This document shows positions 21,817 through 33,923 of a stretch of DNA of 40,020 nucleotides, piece by piece. The stretch comes from Octopus bimaculoides (Eukaryota). The notes under the pieces were generated by a model. The model had not been told where the DNA came from, did not search any database, and worked only from the letters and a program-made list of their open reading frames with translations. The stretch is from the NCBI RefSeq assembly GCF_001194135.2, contig NC_068993.1, forward strand, positions 43,124,754 to 43,164,773, written 5' to 3'. The translations under genes were made by a program, and so were the position numbers. How positions within the stretch are numbered: the stretch's first letter is position 1; each line of letters starts with the position of its first letter.

Positions 21817-22326
21817 TTTGGCCTAACCACTGCGAGGAACATTTTTTTTAATTATTGTACAGAATCAGTAAATTTCATAACTGCGCATTTTCATTCAAAT
21901 CATGTGGTACTCATTTGTCGAGCTTTTTTTTATTTTCCAGTCGCATGCAAATGGTTGCTAGCAGTTTTCTGGCTAACTTGAAGTTCTTTTGCGAGTTGTC
22001 GAGTGATTTTACGTGGATCTTTCTCAATGAGGGTTTTTAATTGACCGTCATGGATGACAGATGTGTGTGTGTGTGCGTGTACGTATATACATACATCATA
22101 TATACACAGGCATACATACATAAATACATTCATATATATACGCTCACGATCTTCTAGGCTCAGATCCCCACTGCGAAATTGTTTAAACCATTTTTGAGCT
22201 GACAACTCACTGGTCATTTCCTCACCAAGCATTTCGTTGATATTGCGAGCAATTTCGGCTGCTTTACGTCCTTTTTTTGAAATTGAATAGCAAAACTGCT
22301 CGAATATCGCGCTTTGACAGTTTCAT
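21809..22326 (-). pseudogene. Decayed mariner (Hsmar1/Mos1-like) transposase, N-terminal half
   Basis: Reads MKLSKRDIRAVLLFNFKK / (+1 frameshift in an A7 run) / GRKAAEIARNINEMLGEEMTSELSAQKWFKQFRSGDLSLEDRER / (microsatellite) / SVIHDGQLKTLIEKDPRKITRQLAKELQVSQKTASNHLHATGK / (frameshift) / KKLDK*VPHDLNEN...ILYNN*KKCSSQWLGQNEA. This is collinear with the mariner HTH domains, the WVPHEL linker and the WILYDN..RSAQWL segment. A degraded TIR may lie near 22470-22500. Confidence 0.92.
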
Positions 22327-22539
22327 TTCAGATGAACGAGTTCCATTTCAGAGGGTGAAAAAATATCGATGTTAATTTATTGATGCATTTGGTCATGTCT
22401 ATATCTGTATTATCAGAAAATTGCAAAAAACAAAAATGCTTTAACAACATTCGAAGCAAGTTTCATAAATGCCAACGCACGAAACTCCTGGCCCCTGAGT
22501 CACTTTGTTGCTTCTATTAAATATTAATATATGCTTATA

Positions 22540-22541
22540 TA

Positions 22542-22627
<86 letters not shown>

Positions 22628-22807
22628 TACACACACACACACACACANNNNNNNNNNNNNNNNNNNNNNNNNNNNNNNNNNNNNNNNNNNNNNNNNNNNN
22701 NNNNNNNNNNNNNNNNNNNNNNNNNNNNNNNNNNNNNNNNNNNNNNNNNNNNNNNNNNNNNNNNNNNNNNNNNNNNNNNNNNNNNNNNNNNNNNNNNNNN
22801 NNNNNNN

Positions 22808-22845
<38 letters not shown>
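22540..22845. repeat. (TG)(TA)(CA) microsatellite spanning a gap
   Basis: Direct reading. Confidence 0.9.
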
Positions 22846-22846
<1 letters not shown>

Positions 22847-23721
22847 TACTGCATCATTTGAAATTGCTATTGGGCTCTTTTTTCAAGTCTATAGATATTT
22901 GCTTTAACCAACAAACACACTATATGTATTTTCCAGTGAGTATGTGTGTACATATATTTGTATGTGTGCGTATGTATATGTATGTGTGTAGAGTAATATA
23001 ATGTTGTGTAGTGTATATATAAGTACATGCGAGAAGTTCAAAACAGTACTCAACGCCGAGGGGCGCGGGAGTTGTTTATGAGGTGTCAGCTGCAATAAGC
23101 ACATACAAACACATACGCACACATAGGAATGTGTGTGTATGCATGTGTGTGAAAATATGCATGCGTATGTATATATGTGTTTGTATGTGTCATTTGTAGG
23201 CGTGTATGTATATATGTATGTGTATGAGGATGTGGGCATGTATGAGTGTCTCAGCTTTTGTGTGTGTCTAAAGAAATTTGAATATATTTATGCCAAAATA
23301 TGTTGATGTTGTTTTTGTTGTTTAGCACTAAGTCAACCTTGATGCATTAGTTCTCTAATGAAAGGTTTTGCAGCCGTGACCATGTTATATTTCTACTTTA
23401 TCAAATAGTCCTACCCCCACCCATTTTTAAATAACACATTAGGGTGTTGATTTGAGTAAAGTTTGGTTCTTGTTTCTAGCACGTGAAACAACCACACAGG
23501 GATTTCGTCAATGACCTAATTTTCAGGCCTCGTGCGTTTGCTTGAAACCCCTATTTATATTTATTACTGCAAGTTTGATACTCGTCTGGCGGAAAGACGG
23601 TAAAATGTTAAATTCAGATTGTTTATCCATTCAAGATGATATGATACCTTTTACGTGAAATATATATTGTTTTAAATTTCTTTTCATGTCTTTGCAAGAG
23701 CTAGAAAAAATTAGGAAGTTA

Positions 23722-23922
23722 CTCTTTTACTCTTTTACTTGTTTCAGTCATTTTACTGTGGCCATGCTGGAGCACCGCTTTTAGTCGAGCAAATCGACCC
23801 CAGGACTCATTCATTGTAAGTCTAGTACTTATTCTATCGGTCTCTTTTGCCGAAGCACTAAGTTACGGGGACATAAGCACACCAGCATCGGTTGTCAAGC
23901 AATGCTAGGGGGACAAACACAA

Positions 23923-23957
<35 letters not shown>

Positions 23958-24267
23958 NNNNNNNNNNNNNNNNNNNNNNNNNNNNNNNNNNNNNNNNNNN
24001 NNNNNNNNNNNNNNNNNNNNNNNNNNNNNNNNNNNNNNNNNNNNNNNNNNNNNNNNNNNNNNNNNNNNNNNNNNNNNNNNNNNNATATATACATATATAC
24101 GACGGGCTTCTTTCAGTTTCCGTCTACCAAATCCATTCTCAAGGCTTTGGTCGGCCCGAGGCTATAGTAGAAGACATTTATTTGCCCAAGATGTCACGCA
24201 GTGGGACTGAACCCGGAACCATGTGGTTGGTAAGCAAGCTACTTACCACACAGCCACTCCTGCGCCT
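23722..24267 (-). mobile_element. Composite SINE family B, full length, with the gap inside its internal microsatellite and at least 36-bp flanking direct repeats
   Basis: Reverse-complement head aggcgcaggagtggctgtgtggtaag...gggttcagtcccactgcg...cttgggcaa...gaaagaagcccgtcg; then (TA)(TG); tail ...ggtgctccagcatggccacagtaaaatgactgaaacaagtaaaagagtaaaagag. Confidence 0.92.
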
Positions 24268-24419
24268 ATTTAGTTTAATTTTTTTTTTTAATGTCTTTGC
24301 AAGAGGTAGAAAAAATTAGGAAGTTATTAACTTTTATTTTCTAAAAAAGAATAGACGTCATATTAGACACTTTTTAATTGAGTATATTATTGAAATTTAT
24401 GTTTCGATCTCGGTGAAGA

Positions 24420-24485
24420 TTTATTCTTTTATTCTTTGATGTGTTTCAGTCATTTTATTGCGGCCATGCTGAAATACCTCCTTTA
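24420..24485 (-). mobile_element. SINE family B tail end
   Basis: tgtttcagtcattttattgcggccatgctg. Confidence 0.65.
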
Positions 24486-25884
24486 ACTTAGTAAACAATC
24501 TTTTAAAATTGTATAACTAGTAAAGGTTTATCTTTAAAACATGCATTCTCTAATATGTACATTTACTTAGATGACTTCTCCATAAACGTTACTAGTCGAC
24601 GTTTTCATTTCATCATTGTCACATGTCTGCCTGGATGATTTGAAGGCTATCTCAAGGTATTTCGTTGCTGCTTCTAGCAGGTTGAGTAAGCACATAAAAC
24701 CTCGCACATTTGTGAATTTATGCGTGTATATTAGCATTATTTGTGACAGACGATAAACATCAAAACTAATATTTTATAAACGTAACACACAATAATAACA
24801 TAACATTTCAGTGAAATATCTTAGCCGAAATATCCTCATATATAAACAAAGTGATAAATGATAAGTTTGGTGAGTTCACGATAAGGACAGTTACCGCCAC
24901 GTTTTAAATTCTCAATAGCTGTATATCGGCAAATATTTAAGTTGGAAAATAATATATATTTACTTTACATTCAGCAGAATTTACTGTTTTATTGACAAGG
25001 GGCTTTTGTGAAGTAGTTTACCCAGCTCAAAAATAATTGGTTTCAAGCAGTGCATTCAATAAATCGAAAATATTTACAGCAGAATTAACTATTTTATTGA
25101 ATGAAGGTTTTGTAAATCAGATGTAATTTTTTATTAACTTTACTTTTCTTCTTCCAGTCTCCTCTTCTTTATCTTTTTTCTTTCATCACAGTCTATTGTT
25201 GTATTTGAGAGTGAAATATTCATGGGTAATTTTTGTCTTTTTTTTTGCATGCAAGAAAAAAATAAACTTTGACCAAAAATAAAACATAAACCTTATTTTA
25301 CTTTACATTGCATATGTGAATATAATGAATAAATTGAATAAATTCACAGTATTTTGTTTTCTTGCTTTTCTAAATAAATCACCTAAAAGAAATCATTGTA
25401 GTTTGTAGATAGTGTGTGACGCAGAAACAGACGGCGGGAGAGACAGACGGACGGACAGAAAGCACAGCTCTTGTTATGATATAGATTTCAATATTTTCAT
25501 ACACGTCTTTCGGTTCCTGAGGAGTATGTAGTATTGTCATACAGGTGAGGAAAAGGTTTTTGTGTTAGATCCAATTTGTTCCGTAGTTATGCGTTGTTAT
25601 ATGAATTTTGCTGTGCTCTCTTGGTGATGTGATTGCTTGTCCATAAAACAATATTATGGAAGTGGCTGTAGAAAATGTACTGTGTATCTCGTCTTATTGT
25701 ACTGACAGTACTTGCTTTAGAATATGTACTAGTTATAGTAGGGCTATTTTACTAGGTTGTTACGATGTTGTAAGCTTTTGTTGTCTGATCACAATAAGTA
25801 GAGAGGTGAAGAAAAACAGTGTAATATTTAGCTATGTGCCACTGCACTCCCATGTTCAAATCCAAAGGAGATAGGCTTCACCTT

Positions 25885-26000
25885 TTATCTTTCTCTCTCT
25901 TTCTGTTTCTCTTTCGTTCTCTCTCACTCTCTCACTCTCTCACTCACTCACTCTCTCATTCACTCACTCTTTCACTCACTCACTCTCTCGCTCTCTCCCT
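25885..26000. repeat. (CT)n/(CTCA)n pyrimidine-rich microsatellite
   Basis: Direct reading. Confidence 0.85.
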
Positions 26001-26531
26001 TTGTATCCAGTATTAACCTCAGCGTAAGCGCATCCAAATAACTACGCAACATTGAAATAACCTTACATAAAATAGAATCATGATGAAAGCAAGTCTATAA
26101 ACAAGAAATTTTTGCAAAGTATTGCAAGGAGAGAAAAAAGAAAACGTCAGCTAAAGCAAGTTTCCTTCGTACGGATTAGAACCGGAAATAATCACAAGAA
26201 TTTTACACTTGTTCACCATTCAGAGCCGCAATCTCAATTTAATAGAAGAAAATGCAGGCTATATTATGGAAAAGCAATCATTGCTAGTAGTAAATGTATT
26301 CTTAGCTGTGATAAATAAGAGTTTTCTTATAAGCCATGTTTCTCTCAAAAGATATGTTCATATATGAAAGCAACATTAAAAAGATTTTAACGCCATAACT
26401 TTTTTTAAATTTTACATATTAAAGCAATATTTTTCAATTTAATTTACAGTAAATTGATATGTTACGAGAAATGTTCACAATTTCGTCTGAAACAGTTTCG
26501 TTATTGTTGCCCATGTTTTATAGCTTGAAAC

Positions 26532-26555
26532 ATCATCATCATTATCATCATTATC

Positions 26556-26604
<49 letters not shown>

Positions 26605-26642
26605 TAACAACAACAACGATGATGATGATGATAATGACGGTT

Positions 26643-26703
<61 letters not shown>

Positions 26704-26870
26704 TAATGATTAATGATAATAATACTAATAACGATAATGATAATAACAACAACAATGAAGATGGTGCTGGTGATGATGATGATCATGGATGTGAAAGTGA
26801 TGATGATGATGATGATGACGACAACGACGACGACAATGTTGACGACGACGACGTCGACGATGAGGATAAA
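26532..26870. repeat. Compound trinucleotide microsatellite (CAT/AAT/AAC/GAT/GAC)
   Basis: Direct reading; source of the poly-N/D/I ORFs. Confidence 0.93.
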
Positions 26871-27174
26871 AACAGCAACATATCTTCTGAATATTTTACT
26901 AAGCAACATTTACTAAAAGATATGCAATAAAGCTTCATTTATTTACCTCTTCGTTTTATTATTTTATGTAATTATATTTTTATATATATATTTATATATT
27001 TTTCTGGTTTTTTTTTTTTTTTACATTTATTCATTTGCTTATTCTATGTAATTTTATTTTTATAATTTATTTCATTATTTTTGAATGAAAAAGAAGAAAG
27101 ATTAAGACGGGAGACTCCGCATAAAAACCGATATTTCAATTAAGAATTATTATCCTAAAAATGTTTACATCGAT

Positions 27175-27431
27175 ATACATGTACATTGAGAGAATTATTT
27201 ATAAATGTATACGTACGTGTGCACGTGTGCACAAGTGTTGCATGTGTATGTGTGTGTGTGTGTGCATTTATGTACATGTGTCTGTGATTATATAAGGATG
27301 CATAAATACATTCATACATAGCACATATATATATATATATGTGCATGTGTGTATGTATGTATGTATGTATGTATAATTGTATATATACATGTGTGTGTAT
27401 GTGTGTGTGTGTATGTGTGTGTATATAATTG

Positions 27432-27465
<34 letters not shown>

Positions 27466-27749
27466 TGTATGTATGTATATATATATATAGAGAGAGAGAG
27501 AGAGATTGAGAAAGAGAGAGATGAAATAATATATGTATATGTATATGTATATACAAACATATATGCGTGTATGTGTGTATGGGTTTCTGTGAGTCAGTCT
27601 ATGTATAAGTAGAGATATATTTACACACACACACATATAGATATATGCATATACACATGTATATGCATCTATCTATCTATCTGTCCATGTATGTATATAT
27701 TTCATGTATCTAGATATATAACTATAACTACGCGCACATATAAATAAAT

Positions 27750-27790
<41 letters not shown>

Positions 27791-27975
27791 CAATATATAT
27801 ATTGTATGTATTATATGTATACATATATTACATTATATATATATATATGTATGTGTGTGTGTATATATATATATATGTATATACTTATGCATGTTTATTA
27901 TATAAATTTGCATGTGTGGGTGTATGTGTGTATCTGTGTGTGCCTGAGTGTGTGTGTGTGTGTATGATCTACATG
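27175..27975. repeat. Compound RY microsatellite mosaic with a short (AG)n
   Basis: Direct reading. Confidence 0.92.
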
Positions 27976-29066
27976 ATGTATATAAACTTGAAAAGAATAA
28001 TGTAAATACCATTAACCAGTAATGGATTCGAAGTCATAATAAAAAGATGCTGGTTAGGCAGGAGAATTACATTTGAAGGTCAGAGAAATCAATAGAGGCA
28101 TGGCAACGAGCATTTCTATCAATTTTACTCTTATTATTATAATAAACAGAAGAGTTCCTTTATACTTTAATGGGTGGAAACATTGCTTTCGGCGAAAAAA
28201 AGAAAAATAACAACTGGTGGGAAAAAATTAGATTCATTTGATATTTTAACTTGTTAAAAGATACATTGCTTGCCCAGCTTGAACCTGTTTCTGGCGAGTC
28301 ATCTCTCTCATTAATTTCAGCTCATGGCTTATTAGTAAATGGTCTTCCTTAAACTAAGGAAACAACCAATGTATTGATACAAATATGAATGAATCTGAAG
28401 CGGAAAATGTAAGCAATACAAACATCTTGTGATTTTAAAGAGGGGTTTATGTTTTTAGTTTTCTTATTTTATTTCCCGTTGTTTATGATATTTAATATGT
28501 GTAAATACACTTGGAACGGCACTAGCTGCAATATTTTCTGTTAGAGAAATTTTCCTAAGAGACAGATTTGTGTGTTTAAAAAATGGGCTTTGCTCATCGA
28601 CTAGCCATCCACTGTAGTTCTGAGTGAAGCCTTGTGTTTTTAATACACAAATCTCTTTGAGATTTTTTTCAATGACAAAATATTATAGCTAATATTGTTC
28701 GTTCCATATTTGTATACACATTATAAATGTATATACGCTGGTATTTTAATCTAAGGCTATTTCAAGAGCATACATCAATATGATTTTATTTGTTTATCTG
28801 TGTTGGTTTGAAAACAGTGAAAGGGTGTTTGTTATTTTTACATTTTTTAAAAAAATAATGTAGTATGGGGTGAAAATTAGATGAATTGAAAAAAAAAGTA
28901 AGAAAAATATAAATGACAAATGAGATTGATATTTAGTTAATTACTTATTTATCAATGTTCAATGGGAAAATATTGATGAGAAAACTCGGAGTAGAGTAGA
29001 TGAGTGGAAGAAGGGTTGAGTTACAGTAATATTCTCAAACATTTTATCACGATATCCATAAACGGC

Positions 29067-29229
29067 ATTTCATCTGTTTTTACGCTCTGAGTTCAAATTC
29101 CACCGAGGTCAGCTTTGCCTTTCATCCTATCGGGGTCGATAAATGAAATACCAGTTGCGCACTGAGGTCGATCTAATCGACTGGCCCCCTCCCCAAAAAT
29201 TTCGGGCTCTGTTCCTAGAGTAGAAAAGA
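29067..29229 (+). mobile_element. SINE family A, 5'-truncated, with 15-bp TSD
   Basis: atttcatctgtttttacgctctgagttcaaattccaccgaggtc...cctagagtagaaaaga; flanks atatccataaacggc (29052-29066) and atattcataaacggc (29230-29244). Confidence 0.88.
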
Positions 29230-29240
29230 ATATTCATAAA

Positions 29241-29390
29241 CGGCCAATTGGCGAGGTCATTGGAGCGTCAAACAAATTGCTTTGCGGCAATCGTTCCGGC
29301 TCTCTACATTCTGAGTTCATATCTCAGCCAGGTTAACTTTGCTTTTCATCCTTTAGGGTCCAGTAAATAAAATACTTATTTTCTACTGGC
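29241..29390 (+). mobile_element. SINE family A, old degraded copy
   Basis: ttggcgaggtcattggagcgtc...ttctgagttcatatctcagccaggttaactttgcttttcatccttt. Confidence 0.65.
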
Positions 29391-31127
29391 ATTGGTTCTT
29401 CCTCTCTTCCTCCATCCCACCCTCTCTTTCTTTCCTCTCTGAAAGAAATAGACTATAGTCAGACTTGGAATGAAATTGGCTCTTTCACGTCTAAAAGAGC
29501 TCCAGATGTGCTGATGTGCCATATTCTACGATGGTGCCCCTACGATTCCATCAAGATTTAATAACCCAAAGAATTGCATGACAATATTCAGCTTTCTCCC
29601 AACCGAATATCCAAACAAGATACATAGATTTTATATACATAATATATAAAATCCAAAGTCTGCTTAAATAAATTATTGCCCAATACAGTCCGATACACAG
29701 GACTGCTATACTCTATTCTCAGGTATATAGCTACAAACTAACTAACAAATTACCTGACTAATTAATTCTTCTCTGCTTAATATCAGAGAAACTAGAGATA
29801 AGTCTGGACTTAAAGTTCATCGTAGCCCGACAAAACATTTCACTTGACATTAGGAAAAACTATCACGAAATTAAATATTTTCATAATATATTGTAAATGT
29901 GATTAAATAATCAAATTTAAATAGACGGTTTTGGCAAACGAAGCTAACAACGTTCGGATGATTTGTAAATATAATAAATAGAAAAGTCAGTTTGTTTGCA
30001 AGATACAAAACTAATGTCATTCGTTTTCTTCGTTTTTTTTGTTTGTTTGTTTGTATGTTCGTTGTTGTTGCTGTTGTTGTTGTTGCTTTTTGTTTTGTTT
30101 TGATTTTTTTCAATTGTAACATGTTGCAGCAGTAACGATGAGTAAATAAGCCGCAAAACAAACTTTCAATAGAGATGGAAACTGAATATATATGTGTTAT
30201 ATTTGGATAGAAAATTAGAAGAATAAATATATTTAGGAAAATGACGAAAAAAGAACGAAAACTCACTGAAGTTCATGTATTTAAATTTCCAGTCGATCAG
30301 GAACTGTTTCCAAATCTTTAATGGCATCCAAGCATATAGTATGTTCACTAAACTGGAAATATGAATAATAGTAAACCAGAATATATTTTTAAAGATATAA
30401 AAACCAAAAATTTTCATTATATCATGATGTTCATTTGAATGAATGAGAATAAAGTTAAATAAGAATAACTAGAATTAAATCTGGTATTTCCAGAAATTTG
30501 TCATCACTGTTAAGTGTAAAATATTGTAAACTTTCAAATCTCTATACATTGTAAAAGTGCTGTATTGTCAATAGTCAAATGGCTGTAAAATGAATTTCTC
30601 AATACTGCTATTTTCGTTGAAAATAAGTTATAAGTTATGAAAATAAATTTGATTCTTTGACATTTTATGATTCTCATACAGTATTTTTGCCGTTTGTCTC
30701 GCAGAAATCGATAGAATTGTCTCTCATCTAAACATTTATTAATTACATTTTTCAGATTGGTCTTAACAGAATTTATGTTCACAGTATACAGTTTTACTCT
30801 CACTCGTGTAGCCATATACAGATGTTTTACGACGTTTTCGTATGAAAATCTATATCGGGGAGTTTACACTTCTGTGAAGTTGTATTTACCGGATATGAAA
30901 ATAGTTCTTCCTTTTTTCTTTTTCCTCTTAACTTTCAGCCGTTAAGTTAATTCCACTCTTCAAAACTGTGAAAGCAGTTTAAAAGTACAAACTACTAAAC
31001 GCCTAAAACTATTATTTATAAAGTTCAGTTATACCGCAAGCAATTTTATTTTCTAATCTAAACACCAAAAACATTTTTCTTGCCGACGAGAATTGTCATC
31101 TAGATTGTTCAATTACAGACCTAACTG

Positions 31128-31258
31128 CATTGATCTCCCCAGTCTTGTACTTTATTTTATTGATCCCGAAAGGTTGAAATGGACCTTAGTGGAATTTGAA
31201 CTCAGAACGTAAAGAGCCGGAAGAAATGTCGCTAAGCACTTTATCCGACGCTCTAATC
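31128..31258 (-). mobile_element. SINE family A fragment
   Basis: gatcccgaaagg...ggaatttgaactcagaacgtaaagagccggaagaaatgtcgctaagca. Confidence 0.8.
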
Positions 31259-31279
31259 TCGCGGATTTAATACCAATAA

Positions 31280-31382
31280 TAATTGTTTCAAATTTTGGCA
31301 GGAAGCCAGCAATTATGGGGTAGAGGTAAGACGATTACATCGACCCACCCCACTATGCTCAGCTAATATTTATTTTATTGAC
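31280..31382 (-). mobile_element. SINE family A 3' fragment (type-2 tail)
   Basis: gtttcaaattttggcaggaagccagcaatt...gattacatcgaccc. Confidence 0.7.
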
Positions 31383-31472
31383 GGCAGTGAGCTGGCAGAA
31401 GCGTTAGCGCGCCGAGAGAAATGTTTAGTGACATTTCATCTGTCTTTACGTTCTGAGTTCAAATTCCGCCAG
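31383..31472 (+). mobile_element. SINE family A head
   Basis: ggcagtgagctggcagaagcgttagcgcgccgagagaaatgtttagtgacatttcatctgtctttacgttctgagttcaaattccgcc. Confidence 0.88.
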
Positions 31473-31474
31473 GA

Positions 31475-31514
31475 ATAACAACAACGACAACAACAACAAC
31501 AACAACAACAACTC

Positions 31515-31555
<41 letters not shown>

Positions 31556-31556
31556 G
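31475..31556. repeat. (AAC)n(TAC)n microsatellite
   Basis: Direct reading. Confidence 0.93.
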
Positions 31557-31714
31557 CAACACATATCACTCAACAATAATTAGGTCATTCCTCTTGGAAA
31601 TTTCTATNNNNNNNNNNACTACTACTGCAACACATATCACTCAACAATAATTAGGTCATTCCTCTTGGAAATTTCTATACCTGAAAAAATCTCAGATGGT
31701 CACTGTATGTATGA

Positions 31715-31756
<42 letters not shown>

Positions 31757-31763
31757 ATAAACA

Positions 31764-31796
<33 letters not shown>

Positions 31797-32149
31797 GCAT
31801 ACATACGCGTGTGTGTGTGAAATGTGAGGAAGTGAAAGGAAGGTAAGGAGAGAGATCAAGTGGGAGAGAAAGAGAGGCAGAAAGTAACGAAGGAAGAGAA
31901 GGATTATGGGTTTGGGGAGATTGTTTCTATGTAACAAGTGTACACAGGTTTAAATATAAGGAGCTAAGAAAGGAACTGAAGGCTGATGAGATCTAAAGGA
32001 AAGGAAACATCATTTTGATATCATTGACTGAACGGTCGTTGCTTGCTTTCTTGGCTGCGGAAAAATTACTGCAGTGATTATAGCTATTTCTTGGTAAACA
32101 TAATTAGTATTAATATTGGAGGAACCACACGCGCACGCTTTAGTGTGCT

Positions 32150-32185
32150 TGTGTGAATGTACGCACGCACATATACATACATACA

Positions 32186-32249
<64 letters not shown>

Positions 32250-32356
32250 TACGTGTACATATGATGTACATATACTAAATAACTGTCATTCTATCTATTC
32301 ATAACTCTCTTTTGCCCTCTGTTTCTTTCTTTATATACAAATATAATGTGTATGTA

Positions 32357-32393
<37 letters not shown>

Positions 32394-32421
32394 GTATACA
32401 TATATATACATATACATATAC

Positions 32422-32456
<35 letters not shown>

Positions 32457-33480
32457 CNNNNNNNNNNNNNNNNNNNNNNNNNNNNNNNNNNNNNNNNNNN
32501 NNNNNNNNNNNNNNNNNNNNNNNNNNNNNNNNNNNNNNNNNNNNNNNNNNNNNNNNNNNNNNNNNNNNNNNNNNNNNNNNNNNNNNNNNNNNNNNNNNNN
32601 NNNNNNNNNNNNNNNNNNNNNNNNNNNNNNNNNNNNNNNNNNNNNNNNNNNNNNNNNNNNNNNNNNNNNNNNNNNNNNNNNNNNNNNNNNNNNNNNNNNN
32701 NNNNNNNNNNNNNNNNNNNNNNNNNNNNNNNNNNNNNNNNNNNNNNNNNNNNNNNNNNNNNNNNNNNNNNNNNNNNNNNNNNNNNNNNNNNNNNNNNNNN
32801 NNNNNNNNNNNNNNNNNNNNNNNNNNNNNNNNNNNNNNNNNNNNNNNNNNNNNNNNNNNNNNNNNNNNNNNNNNNNNNNNNNNNNNNNNNNNNNNNNNNN
32901 NNNNNNNNNNNNNNNNNNNNNNNNNNNNNNNNNNNNNNNNNNNNNNNNNNNNNNNNNNNNNNNNNNNNNNNNNNNNNNNNNNNNNNNNNNNNNNNNNNNN
33001 NNNNNNNNNNNNNNNNNNNNNNNNNNNNNNNNNNNNNNNNNNNNNNNNNNNNNNNNNNNNNNNNNNNNNNNNNNNNNNNNNNNNNNNNNNNNNNNNNNNN
33101 NNNNNNNNNNNNNNNNNNNNNNNNNNNNNNNNNNNNNNNNNNNNNNNNNNNNNNNNNNNNNNNNNNNNNNNNNNNNNNNNNNNNNNNNNNNNNNNNNNNN
33201 NNNNNNNGAGGGAGGGAGGGAGAGAGGGATAGTAGGGAGAGGTGAGGATTAGGAGGAGGTGGGGGTTCAATAGAGATGGAGAGGAGGGTGGAGGGAAGGG
33301 GGTAAAGATGAAAGGAAGGATGATGTAGAAAACGCTCCACGAAACGGAATATGTGTACATTTGTGTATAAACACATTGAAAGTTCAAAGGGAATGTGTGT
33401 GTGTATGTGCGAAAGAGAGAGAGAGAGACTGGGGGAAGGAAGGAAAGGACGAAGGAAGGAAGGAAGGAAGAGTGATAGAA
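32150..33480. repeat. (TA)/(CA) arrays, a long gap, then a purine-rich (GA)/(GGAA) tract
   Basis: Direct reading. Confidence 0.85.
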
Positions 33481-33689
33481 AGAAATAAAAGAGAAAAATA
33501 GACTGAAAGAAAAATAGAAAGACAAAAGTAAAAAACAAAACCATTGCTGTCGAGGAAAAAATTTCCAAAATGGAAGAATACTGAAAATAACCAGAACCAA
33601 AGCGAGTATATATAATATAGTTATGTTTATCTTTATACATATTTTCTATGAAGAGAATAAGATATATCATATATATTTAATAACAAAAC

Positions 33690-33860
33690 TAAGACTTATC
33701 GTATTTGTTAGCAAGACTTATTTGATTTAATATTAATAGAGTCTTATCATATTAGTCTGATAAGAACAAGACTTTGATTTCTTTAGTAATAACAGCAAGA
33801 CCTCATACTACTTAAGTAATAGTAGTTAAGACTTATCTGTTAGTAAGTCTTATGATATCG
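33690..33860. repeat. Degenerate array of an AAGACTTAT / AAGTCTTAT motif
   Basis: Copies at about 33691, 33713, 33739, 33769, 33797, 33829 and 33846. Confidence 0.6.
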
Positions 33861-33923
33861 GTTTAATACTAAAGCGAAGATTAATAATAATAATTTGGTA
33901 CTTTTATATAGCTTAGTAATAAT

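Noticed and set aside
30534-30815. 93-aa minus-strand ORF
   Set aside because: AT-rich codon composition and no recognisable domain.
31547-31678. 61-bp exact direct repeat
   Set aside because: The two copies flank a 10-N gap and are identical, as expected for an unmerged contig overlap (assembly artefact).
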